From: Candidatus Latescibacterota bacterium
GTDB lineage: Bacteria > Latescibacterota > UBA2968 > UBA8231
Assembly: GCA_965261395.1 (NCBI GenBank)
Contig: OZ253462.1
Coordinates: 4,320,001-4,384,000 of the forward strand
DNA length: 64,000 nucleotides
Reading direction: 5' to 3'
In this document: positions 18,262 through 26,982 of the stretch, piece by piece
Layout: each line of letters starts with the position of its first letter
How positions within the stretch are numbered: position 1 is the stretch's first letter
Program-made: the position numbers and the translations under genes
Notes under the pieces: generated by a model
Told to the model about the DNA's origin: nothing
The model's database searches: none
The model's input: the letters and a program-made list of their open reading frames with translations, nothing else

Positions 18262-19107
18262 TTAGTCCGCGTAGTACTCCTTGAGGGAATCGCAGCGAGC
18301 TGGATGACGGAGCTTCTGCAGAGCCTTTTCCTTGATTTGCCGCACCCGCTCCCGAGTGCGCCCGACGTAAGCCCCGATCTTCTCCAAAGTCATCGGCTCG
18401 TGCCCATCCAATCCGTAATACATCTTCAAGACGCGCGCCTCGCCCTCGGTCAGGGCGTGCATAGCGTTGAAAATCTCCGCTTTGAGCTCATCGCTGGAGA
18501 GGACCTCGTCGCTGGAAGGCTGGCTGTAGTCGGGAAGCAGATCGCCGAAACAGCGATCCGGCTCGGATTCGTCACAGGGCATCTCCAGCGAAACGGGCCT
18601 TTGGGCCAATCGCAATAGGAGATCCATGTCGCCGGGTTCGACATCTAGCTCTTCGGCTATTTCATCTACTTCCGGGGGACGCCCCAGCCCCTGCTCGAGC
18701 TTGTTGAGCACCCGGTTGACGCGCGTCAGCTCACCGATGCGATTTAGCGGTAGCCGTACAATGCGTGACTGATTGGCCAACGCTTGCAGGATCGACTGGC
18801 GGATCCACCATACGGCATAGGAAATGAATTTAAAGCCCTTAGTGCCGTCAAAGCGCTTAGCGGCGATAATAAGCCCCAAATTCCCCTCGTTGATCAGATC
18901 CGAAAGCGGCAAGCCCAGATTCTGATACTGCTTCGCCACGCTTACGACAAAGCGCAAGTTGGCTTTGACCAGATCGGATAGTGCATCTTCATCGCCCTCT
19001 TTTATTTGCTCGGCGATGGCCACTTCGTCCGCGGACGATAGCCCGACAGCATCCTCTATCTCGTGGAAATACTGGTCGACGATGGAATCAGTCTGCAAGG
19101 TAGTCAT
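18262..19107 (-). CDS. RpoD/SigA-family sigma70 factor lacking region 1.1
   Basis: ANLRFVVSVAKQY, DLINEGNLGL, FKFISYAVWWIRQSI, TRERVRQIKEKAL. Confidence 0.93.
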   Translation of the reverse strand: MTTLQTDSIVDQYFHEIEDAVGLSSADEVAIAEQIKEGDEDALSDLVKANLRFVVSVAKQYQNLGLPLSDLINEGNLGLIIAAKRFDGTKGFKFISYAVWWIRQSILQALANQSRIVRLPLNRIGELTRVNRVLNKLEQGLGRPPEVDEIAEELDVEPGDMDLLLRLAQRPVSLEMPCDESEPDRCFGDLLPDYSQPSSDEVLSSDELKAEIFNAMHALTEGEARVLKMYYGLDGHEPMTLEKIGAYVGRTRERVRQIKEKALQKLRHPARCDSLKEYYAD

Positions 19108-19268
19108 AACTTGACGCCTCCTGTTGCTAATGAGCCAGCATGGGGACTCGTGGCTGCATTAAGCTATGATGGTACCTAATGTGGTATGGCAGGGAGTTTC
19201 GGATGTGGGGGGAATACATCCGAAAAGCAAAGCGGTTTAGATAAACCGAATAGGAGAGGATGAAGGTT

Positions 19269-19297
19269 AATATAGGGCCTAAATGTTATATAATCAA
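19269..19297 (-). promoter_or_regulatory. Putative sigma70 promoter of the sigma-factor gene
   Basis: TTGATT-17bp-TATATT. Confidence 0.5.
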
Positions 19298-19340
19298 CTC
19301 TTTTCGTTCTTTTTTGTTCCTTAACTGTTTGGTGTTTGGC

Positions 19341-20783
19341 TCAATCTATGCCGATGGCTTCTTTGGCTAGCCGGACACAACGCTCGACATCGTAATCGCG
19401 CAGAATGGTGATTTTCTGGGTTTCCAATGAGCCTTCGGCGTGGATGGCCAACAGCTCGTTGTAACCACCAAAAGTTGAAGCCGTCAAGTCGCGCACCAAG
19501 TTGATCGCCTTTAGCCGCGCCTTGGCATCAACGCCGCTCCCACCGCCCAAGAAGTGTTCGATATAGCCCTTGGTCTCGGGATTGGCCAAGTCCTCTTCCG
19601 ACGGCCCGGTGACCACTAGCCCTCCGGCGATATCCTGGACCCAAGACACGGCTTGGTGATAGTTATTGGCAAAGTGGAATTTGGCCAAGTTGGTGAAGAC
19701 GATATTGGGCACGGCCGTGCCATTTGCCGCGATGCGGCAATCGTGGGCCGCGGCCAAGGTCAGCCCTCTAACGGTCTCGGCATAAGTGATGAGCTTGGTC
19801 AGTTTTTCGCGCACGTGGCCGGCCTTGGCGATGCCGTTGTACTGGGCGAGGAGCGCCGCCGCTCCGATAAAGAGATCGCACAGCGGCGGTTTGTATGAGG
19901 CGGCCGTAAAGCGGTGAAATTCGACGAAGGCGTTGGCCAGTGGCCCGGCGTATTGCCACTCTCCTTTGAGGAAGACGCGCTCGTTGGGAATAAAGACATC
20001 GTCGAAGATCGTCAGCGTGTCGATCATGCGGTGCTCGGAGCTGACCGGGTGGTGGAACTGGCTCACCGGCGGCGAGCCAAAAGGGCTGGCGATTAGTTTG
20101 ATCCCCGGCGCATTGACCGGCGCGGCAAAGGCAACCGCATAGGCCGCGTCCTCTTCCTTGAGCGCACGGGTCGGCAAGACGATGAGTTCATCGACATACG
20201 GGGCACATGTCGTATGGGCTTTGGCCCCGCGCACCACGATCCCATCGCTCCGCTCCTCGACAATGTGGACATAGTAATCGGGGTGCGCTTGCTGCGAGGG
20301 CAAGAGGCTGCGGTCGCCTTTTACGTCGGTTTGGGCCACGGCTAAGCTCAGATCGCGCTGCTTGCACTCGCGGTGGAAGGCTTGCACGCGCGCGTTGTAT
20401 TGCCCGCCGGCATTTTGGTCCAAATGGTCGGAGACCAAGTCGAGGGCAAAGAGCGCGTCGGTGCCGATTTCCTTGATGAGCAACACCACGCTGCTGCCTA
20501 TCCGCGTCGAACGCTCAATCATCTCGCGTCGGTTGAGCAAATCCTCAGCATCCGTCGGCGTCTTAAAGTAGCGACTGACCGGTTCGCCCAGCTCCCCATC
20601 CATCCAAGTCATCAGGTCGCGGTGAGCCGGATCCTCGGCCAGTTCAAAATCCAAGGCGACGTGATCCGCCCCAATCCCCAAGTCGTCATGCGCGGTTACG
20701 TCCTCGACCCGCTCTCCCCGATGGTACACCTCCCGCCCGTCGCGCAAGCCCTCTTTAAATTCAGCGGCGCTACGCAAGCCCAT
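19341..20783 (-). CDS. 4-hydroxybutyryl-CoA dehydratase / HpaB-family flavoprotein lacking Fe-S cysteines
   Basis: AQTDVKGDRS, DGIVVRGAKAH, FDDVFIPNERVF, FHRFT, HAEGS. Confidence 0.85.
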   Translation of the reverse strand: MGLRSAAEFKEGLRDGREVYHRGERVEDVTAHDDLGIGADHVALDFELAEDPAHRDLMTWMDGELGEPVSRYFKTPTDAEDLLNRREMIERSTRIGSSVVLLIKEIGTDALFALDLVSDHLDQNAGGQYNARVQAFHRECKQRDLSLAVAQTDVKGDRSLLPSQQAHPDYYVHIVEERSDGIVVRGAKAHTTCAPYVDELIVLPTRALKEEDAAYAVAFAAPVNAPGIKLIASPFGSPPVSQFHHPVSSEHRMIDTLTIFDDVFIPNERVFLKGEWQYAGPLANAFVEFHRFTAASYKPPLCDLFIGAAALLAQYNGIAKAGHVREKLTKLITYAETVRGLTLAAAHDCRIAANGTAVPNIVFTNLAKFHFANNYHQAVSWVQDIAGGLVVTGPSEEDLANPETKGYIEHFLGGGSGVDAKARLKAINLVRDLTASTFGGYNELLAIHAEGSLETQKITILRDYDVERCVRLAKEAIGID

Positions 20784-20799
20784 AAGACCCCCTTCTCTT

Positions 20800-23073
20800 T
20801 CAATTTCTCAATGGTTTACCCGTGTGAAGCATGTGTGCGATGCGCTGTCGCGTGCGCTCGGTACTGCACAGTTGCAGAAAGACCTCGCGTTCCAAATTAA
20901 GCAAATGGCACTCCTCTACTTCCCGACGTGCCCCACCACCTCCTGTAAGCACTCGTGCCAGACCGCGCCCTACGACCACGTCGTGCTCGCTGAGCTGCCC
21001 AGCAGCTTGGCCTTCATCTAGGCGCTCGTGCAAAAGCGCTAGCCCTCCGTCTCCAGTGACCTCTACCCCATCCGGTGTGCTGACGCAGTAGCCTGCGGCG
21101 AGCAGGCTGCGCAATTTGACTACGGCCCGCTTTAAGAGTTGGCCCTCGGCAAAGGCAATCTCGTCCTCAGCGCCGAGGAGGCCCCAAGCTTGGGCCTGAA
21201 AGGCGTTGTCGCTGAAGTTTCCGGCAAAAATCGTCTCAAACGCGGATGCTATGTCATTTGTTCCCCTCCGTGCCATCTCCATACAGCCGCCGCTGCCGGG
21301 GATCAGGCCAACCTTGGTCTCCACCAAGCCCATACCTAATTCAGCCGTCGCCACGCGCGCATCGGCACCCAAGGCGAACTCGCACCCACCTCCCAGCACC
21401 AAGCCACGGAGGACCGCGACGACCGGAAAAGGCGCGTAGCGCAGCGCTTGCACGGCCTCTTGGAAGGCGGCGACAAACGCTTCCAGCTCCAGCCAGTCGT
21501 TCTCATCGACGAGCTTGGCTACGTACTTCAAGTCGGCACCGACCGAGAATAAGGAACCAACTCCGGCGAGCACCAAGCCAGTAAAGGGGGCCGTATCCAC
21601 TGCCCGATGGACGGCTTCCAGCGCCGCTGGCCCCAAGGCGTTCATCTTGCCGCTGAAAACCAGCGCCCCCATTCCCTCGTCCAACTCGACCAAGTAGGCC
21701 CCGGCATTAGACCAGATGGCGCGCTCGGAAGCTAGCCTAGCCCAATCGTCTGCTGGCTGTTGCCAGCTTTCGCGCCGCAACCGGGTCGGCGAGAACGCGC
21801 CCTGCTCGCGGTAAAAGTGCGTTTCACCGGCGGCGAGCAATTGGGCGGCGAGGTCGGGTACGCGCTGTTGGTTGGCTTCCAGAGCGCGGACGACCTCTTC
21901 GATGCCGAAGAGATCCCACAACTCAAAAGGCCCTAGCGCCCAGTTAAATCCCCAGCGCATCGCCTGATCGATTTGGACGATATCGCCTGCTATGTCGGCA
22001 GCGTGCTCGGCAGCGTAGGCTAGCACGGCCGTAAGATGCGCCCTCCCGAGCTGACCCCACGGCCCTGGATCGTCCCATAACGCGCAGAGGCGACGCGCTG
22101 GGGAGCGCTCGCTCAAGGCCGATTCCAGGATCTCCACCCTTTGCACGGGTTGGTAGGCGAAAGTATCTAAGTCGAGGGCCTCGATGCCCGCCTCGGCCTT
22201 GCGATAAAATCCGGCATTGACCTTGGCCCCGAGCAAGTTCTCCTCCAACATCCGCCGATAAAATGCCGGCAGGGCAAAAAGCGATCGCCACGGATCCGCT
22301 GGCAATCCCTCGTAACTAGTCTCAGCCACGTGCGCGACCGTGTCCAAACCCACGATGTCACAAACGCGCAGGATCGCGCTTGGGGGCCGCCCCATCAGGG
22401 GACCGGTTAGCGCGTCAACTTCGGCCACGTCCAGTCCGTCCCGCTCCATCCTCTGTAGCACGTCGCAGACGACGAAAATCCACAGACGATTGCCGATAAA
22501 ATTAGGCGTGTCCCGGCCGCAGACCACTCCCTTGCCCAACTCCCCGGCGAGAAAAGAGACCATATGCTGAACGATGGCCGGCTCGGTGTCAGGCCCGGGT
22601 ATGACTTCGACCAACTTCATGTAGCGCGGCGGATTGAAGAAATGTACCCCAAGGAAACGGCGGCAAAACTCCGGCGACCGGCTGCGAGCCAGCTCGGCGA
22701 TAGATAGCCCCGAGGTATTGCTGCTGATGACCAATCCATCGTGCAGGTACGGCTCTAGCCGGGCCAGCAACGCCCGCTTGGGCTCGCTTTCTTCTACTAC
22801 GGCTTCAATGACCCAATCGGCCGTCCCAACGCATGTTAGATCCTCCATGCTCCCCAGCTCGATGCGTTGGGCCATCTCCTCTAGATAGAAAGCAGGAGGT
22901 CGGCTCGCGAGGGATCTCTCCAGCCCCTGACGCGCACGGCCCGCCTCATCGCCTGCCAGCGGCAAGTCGAGGAGGCGCACCTTGTGGCCCGCACAGGCGA
23001 GCAAGGCCGCAATTTGCCCTCCCATGACCCCGGCACCGAGTACCACCACATTTTTCACTTTTTCATTCGCCAT
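20800..23073 (-). CDS. fadN: 3-hydroxyacyl-CoA dehydrogenase / enoyl-CoA hydratase (FadN-type)
   Basis: GAGVMG, SNTSGL, HFFNPPRYM, FIGNR; crotonase FSVGADL and LGGGCE. Confidence 0.9.
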   Translation of the reverse strand: MANEKVKNVVVLGAGVMGGQIAALLACAGHKVRLLDLPLAGDEAGRARQGLERSLASRPPAFYLEEMAQRIELGSMEDLTCVGTADWVIEAVVEESEPKRALLARLEPYLHDGLVISSNTSGLSIAELARSRSPEFCRRFLGVHFFNPPRYMKLVEVIPGPDTEPAIVQHMVSFLAGELGKGVVCGRDTPNFIGNRLWIFVVCDVLQRMERDGLDVAEVDALTGPLMGRPPSAILRVCDIVGLDTVAHVAETSYEGLPADPWRSLFALPAFYRRMLEENLLGAKVNAGFYRKAEAGIEALDLDTFAYQPVQRVEILESALSERSPARRLCALWDDPGPWGQLGRAHLTAVLAYAAEHAADIAGDIVQIDQAMRWGFNWALGPFELWDLFGIEEVVRALEANQQRVPDLAAQLLAAGETHFYREQGAFSPTRLRRESWQQPADDWARLASERAIWSNAGAYLVELDEGMGALVFSGKMNALGPAALEAVHRAVDTAPFTGLVLAGVGSLFSVGADLKYVAKLVDENDWLELEAFVAAFQEAVQALRYAPFPVVAVLRGLVLGGGCEFALGADARVATAELGMGLVETKVGLIPGSGGCMEMARRGTNDIASAFETIFAGNFSDNAFQAQAWGLLGAEDEIAFAEGQLLKRAVVKLRSLLAAGYCVSTPDGVEVTGDGGLALLHERLDEGQAAGQLSEHDVVVGRGLARVLTGGGGARREVEECHLLNLEREVFLQLCSTERTRQRIAHMLHTGKPLRN

Positions 23074-23320
23074 TTTCCCCCTTCGTCGGGAAGAGGGAGA
23101 GTTGATCTAGATTGGACGGCATCGCCTTCCCCCGCAAGAGCGCCGATCCCTCGTGGTGCAGGGCCAACCAGCGCTCGATCTCGCTCAGGCGAAACCGCAC
23201 CAGCTTGCCAAATCTATAGTGGGGAATCTGGCCTCGACGGACGAAGCGACGCACAGTGGAGGGCGAACAGCGGAGATAGGCGGCGACCTCTCCGGCGACC
23301 ATCATCTGTTCCTGCACCAT
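23063..23320 (-). CDS. Excisionase-like HTH (HTH_17) DNA-binding protein
   Basis: EVAAYLRCSPSTVRRFVRRGQIPHYRFGKLVRF..EIERWL; C-terminal QLSLF. Confidence 0.85.
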   Translation of the reverse strand: MVQEQMMVAGEVAAYLRCSPSTVRRFVRRGQIPHYRFGKLVRFRLSEIERWLALHHEGSALLRGKAMPSNLDQLSLFPTKGENGE

Positions 23321-23338
23321 AGCTCTGCCCCCAAGTGC

Positions 23339-23779
23339 TCAGCAATGAAGAAGGCGCTCGGCAACAAAGAAATTGTTGTCGGTCTCCTGGATGGAAACTT
23401 CGATGTGGTACTTATGGCCGCGCTGTGGGAACAGCCCCTGCAATACGTCGACAGCGTGGTCGAGACAGTACTCGGCCACGTTTTCCACACTCGGATTTTC
23501 ACCTGGCATGACCACGACCCCTTGTGGATCGAAGAGCTTGGGATCTAGAAAGGTCACATCCCGAGCGGCAACCAGCATTTTGTGATCCAAAAATTTGAAG
23601 ATGTCCTTGAGCGCTCCGAAATCAACGGTCATGTCCAGTTTTTCGAGCCGCGGAAAGCGCTCGGTGCGGATGACGAACACGCCGCGCCAAGTATGCCCGT
23701 GGACGTAGGCGCATTTGCCGTCGTAGTCTAGCTGTCGATGGGCGGCGTGGAATTTACCTCGGGCCTTAATGGTCTCCAT
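23339..23779 (-). CDS. queD: 6-carboxy-tetrahydropterin synthase / PTPS family
   Basis: FHAAH, CAYVHGHTW, VDFG, LDHK, NPSVEN, IQET. Confidence 0.8.
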   Translation of the reverse strand: METIKARGKFHAAHRQLDYDGKCAYVHGHTWRGVFVIRTERFPRLEKLDMTVDFGALKDIFKFLDHKMLVAARDVTFLDPKLFDPQGVVVMPGENPSVENVAEYCLDHAVDVLQGLFPQRGHKYHIEVSIQETDNNFFVAERLLHC

Positions 23780-24038
23780 GCGAGCTATCCCCCTCGACCC
23801 TTGCCAGCGCTTTCTCCAAGCGAGTGCGGTAGTACCAAGTCCCTACCGACGCGAGGGCCTGCAACGCGATGACATAGTAGAGTGCCTTGCCAGTCGCGCG
23901 CACCCACTCCGCTGTCGAGATCGTGGTTAGGATGATGATGAGCGCAAAAGCCGCGAGTATGACCCCGGTGTTGATGCGGAGCATCTTCTGGCATAGCGCC
24001 AGTGCTTTGTGCTGTGCTGTGTTGGTGTCTTCCGCCAT
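23766..24038 (-). CDS. Small two-TM membrane protein
   Basis: 90 aa, two hydrophobic segments, packed between dxr and queD. Confidence 0.65.
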   Translation of the reverse strand: MAEDTNTAQHKALALCQKMLRINTGVILAAFALIIILTTISTAEWVRATGKALYYVIALQALASVGTWYYRTRLEKALARVEGDSSHGDH

Positions 24039-24041
24039 AAA

Positions 24042-25208
24042 TTATCCCGCCTGTTCGGCGACCCACTCCCGGGCCAGCCGCCGTGCACAGCGGTCCTCGT
24101 CTAATATGGATTCGAGGGAAACCGCCTCCTGCGTGCCGCAACGTGCAAGCACGTCGCGGTTCAGATCGGCGATATGGAGAAACCCGATTTTCCGCGCCAA
24201 AAAAGCCTCCACAGCTTCCTCGTTGGCCGCGTTGAGAACGGCTGGAAAGGTCCCTCCATTCCGGCCGGCTTCGTAGCACAGATCCAGACAGGGAAAATTC
24301 GCTCTGTCCGGAGCGGCGAAACTCAGGTGGCCCACTTGCTTGAGGTCGAGGTTGTCGAGAGGTACCTCCCGCCGCTCTGGGTGGGTCAGCGCGTATTGGA
24401 TCGGCAGCATCATATCGGTCTTGCCCATGTGCGCCAACAGCGATCCATCGGCGAATTCAACTAGCGCATGCACAACCGACTGGCGGTGGACGACCACATC
24501 CACTTGATCGACCGCCACACCAAAGAGCCATGCAGCCTCGATAACTTCAAAGCCCTTGTTCATCAGGGTTGCCGAATCCACGCTGATCTTGGGGCCCATT
24601 TTCCAAGTGGGGTGAGCAATGGCCTGCTCCGGGGTGATGTCGCGCATCTGCTCGCGACTGCGCCCAAAGAACGGCCCCCCAGAGGCCGTGAGGATGATCC
24701 GCTTTAGACTTTTGCGGTTTTCGCCCTTCAGGCACTGCCAAATAGCATTGGGCTCGCTGTCCAACGGCAACACGGAGCCGCCGCCGCGTTGGGCTTGCTG
24801 CAAGATTAGCCCGCCGGCCATGACTAGGGGTTCCTTGTTGGCCATGGCTACGGTCTTGCCCTGCTCCAACGCCGCCAGCGTCGGAGCGAGGCCGACGGCA
24901 CCGACGAGCCCGTTGAGCACCAGATCAGCTTCCGGCATGGTGGCCAGTTCACACAGCCCCTCTGCGCCGCAAACCACCTCGACCCGCGATACTGCGCTCT
25001 GCACTCGTTTTCTAGCCTCGGCATCTAGAACGCAGATTTTTTGCGGCTGCCAGCGGCGAGCACACGCGATCAGCTTTTCGACCTTGGTCCCACCTCCCAA
25101 GCCCACGACCTCGTACCCATTTCCCAAGTTTTCGAGGACTTTGAAACACGTGTCGCCAATGGACCCGGTGCAGCCGAGGACGACGATTTTTTTGGAGTCG
25201 TCAGCCAT
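24042..25208 (-). CDS. dxr: 1-deoxy-D-xylulose 5-phosphate reductoisomerase
   Basis: LGCTGSIG, ANKE, DSE, LTASGGPF, HPTWKMGPKISVDSATLMNKG; start reassigned to MADDSKK. Confidence 0.96.
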   Translation of the reverse strand: MADDSKKIVVLGCTGSIGDTCFKVLENLGNGYEVVGLGGGTKVEKLIACARRWQPQKICVLDAEARKRVQSAVSRVEVVCGAEGLCELATMPEADLVLNGLVGAVGLAPTLAALEQGKTVAMANKEPLVMAGGLILQQAQRGGGSVLPLDSEPNAIWQCLKGENRKSLKRIILTASGGPFFGRSREQMRDITPEQAIAHPTWKMGPKISVDSATLMNKGFEVIEAAWLFGVAVDQVDVVVHRQSVVHALVEFADGSLLAHMGKTDMMLPIQYALTHPERREVPLDNLDLKQVGHLSFAAPDRANFPCLDLCYEAGRNGGTFPAVLNAANEEAVEAFLARKIGFLHIADLNRDVLARCGTQEAVSLESILDEDRCARRLAREWVAEQAG

Positions 25209-25224
25209 TTCAGTTGGGGCGAAT

Positions 25225-26883
25225 TTAGCTGCTGTCGCCCCCTCTACGGCCTCCGTTGCGCGGCCGACGATCGCTCCCATTGCGAGCATCGTTATTGCGT
25301 CGGTCGCCGCGACCCCGCTCGGTATGGCGCACCACCTGCGTCTGGCGCACGACCACGACCTTGACTTGGCCCGCAAAGGTCAACTCGGTCTTGACGCGCT
25401 CGGCTATGTCGAATGCCAGCATCTCGGCGTCTTCATCCCCGATCTGTTCGCCGCAGACCATGACGCGGATCTCGCGGCCTGCGTTGATGGCGTACACATC
25501 TGTGACGCCCGCAAACGAAGTCGCGATTTCTTCCAAGCGCATAATGCGGCGGGTATAACCTTCGAGGTCTTCGCGCCGCCCTCCGGGCCGTATCGACGAT
25601 ATGGTATCGGCCGCCTTGACCAAGAAGCAGATCGGCGAAAGGCGATCGTGGTCCTCGTGGTGCTCGGCGATGACTTCCTTGACGGTCGGATGCTCGTCAA
25701 ATCGCTCGCCTAGCGTAATACCCAATTCGACGTGGCCTCCCTCCAACTCCTTGCTGACGGTCTTGCCGATATCGTGCAAGAGGCCCGCCCGCTTGGCCAA
25801 CGGCACATCCAATCCTACTTCGGCGGCCATCAGCCCCGATAAATGGGCGACTTCTAGGCAGTGCTGTAAAAGGTTTTGCCCAAAGCTAGCGCGATATTTG
25901 AGCATGCCCACGTAATGGGGCAAATCGGCGTGGTATTGGCTAGCCCCAATCTCGCCGAGGGCACTCTTGCCGACCTCGACCATATCTTGGTCTAGACTAA
26001 TGCGGCATTCCTCTACCACTTCCTCTATTTTGGTCGGGGTGAAGCCGCCGCCGCCGATTAGCTGATGCATCGCACGGCTGGCCACTTCACGCCGCGCTGG
26101 ATCATAGGAAGAGAGCAGCACAGCGTCGGGCGTATCATCGACCACGACTTTGACTCCGGTCGCCGTCTCAAAGGCACGCACATTGCGCCCTTCCTTGCCG
26201 ATGATGCGACTTTTGATTCCCTCGTTGGGCAAGGGCACAGTCGAGGTGACCAAGTGGACGGTCTCTTCAACTGCACAGCGCTGAATAGCTTGGGCGATGA
26301 TTTTTTTGGCTTCTCGATCCGACTCTTCCTTCGCCTTGGTGCGCTCGCTGCGGATCATGGCCGCCGCCCGCCCGCGGACCTCGCTGGCCAGATGCTCCAT
26401 CATCTGTTCACGCGCCTCGTCCGCGGGCAGCCCACTGGCCAGCTCTAGTCGTTGCTGGTACTCAGCACGCATCTGGCTCAGTTCCTCTTCTTTTTCTTTT
26501 GAGGTCCGTTCGCGCTGGCCAATCCGCCGCTCTTGATTTTTGAGGCGGTTCCACGCCCGGCTCTGCTCCTCTTTCTGGCTACTGAGGTCACGCACAAGCT
26601 GTGCCAAGCTCTTATCGCGACGGTCCAGATCGGCCAATTGATCTTCTAACTCGGCCTCTTGGCGGGCTTTGGTTTTATACCAGTTATCTCGCTCCTCAAG
26701 CAAGCTCAGTCGCACCGCGTGCTCTTCTTCGGCTAGCTGCTGCCGCACTCGGTCTTCTGCCTCTTTCTCCACTTGGGGCAGGACGCCCCTTTTTAATTGA
26801 TAACTCAGCAGAAAACCCAGACCACCGCCCAAAGCGAGCAGGCCCAAGCCCGCTAATGCTTGGATCACATCTGGATATTCCAT
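25225..26883 (-). CDS. rny: Ribonuclease Y
   Basis: N-terminal TM, coiled coil, KH (RIIGKEGRNVR), HD (LLHDIGK), AGREIRV. Confidence 0.96.
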   Translation of the reverse strand: MEYPDVIQALAGLGLLALGGGLGFLLSYQLKRGVLPQVEKEAEDRVRQQLAEEEHAVRLSLLEERDNWYKTKARQEAELEDQLADLDRRDKSLAQLVRDLSSQKEEQSRAWNRLKNQERRIGQRERTSKEKEEELSQMRAEYQQRLELASGLPADEAREQMMEHLASEVRGRAAAMIRSERTKAKEESDREAKKIIAQAIQRCAVEETVHLVTSTVPLPNEGIKSRIIGKEGRNVRAFETATGVKVVVDDTPDAVLLSSYDPARREVASRAMHQLIGGGGFTPTKIEEVVEECRISLDQDMVEVGKSALGEIGASQYHADLPHYVGMLKYRASFGQNLLQHCLEVAHLSGLMAAEVGLDVPLAKRAGLLHDIGKTVSKELEGGHVELGITLGERFDEHPTVKEVIAEHHEDHDRLSPICFLVKAADTISSIRPGGRREDLEGYTRRIMRLEEIATSFAGVTDVYAINAGREIRVMVCGEQIGDEDAEMLAFDIAERVKTELTFAGQVKVVVVRQTQVVRHTERGRGDRRNNDARNGSDRRPRNGGRRGGDSS

Positions 26884-26982
26884 TGCTGTAAGCCTTGATA
26901 GTCTTAAGGTTTAATTGTTGCTAATAGATAAGGCATACCTATCCACAAGGGCAAATGGCCGGCCCTCGTGGCTTCTCGCTCG

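Noticed and set aside
23063-23320. Prophage or ICE marked by the excisionase-like gene
   Set aside because: No integrase, att repeats or phage genes; the gene is embedded among metabolic genes.
23332-23372. Imperfect 19-nt tandem duplication at the queD 3' end (FFVAER / FFIAEH in another frame)
   Set aside because: Too short to separate from chance; queD retains all motifs.
24750-24765. Dxr motif DSEP instead of DSEH
   Set aside because: Metal ligands D and E and all other motifs are intact; probably a lineage variant.
24619-25713. Long antisense ORFs (also 871-1620, 5417-6361, 32092-33111, 12911-13663)
   Set aside because: Shadow frames of well-supported genes in GC-rich DNA, with no recognisable motifs.
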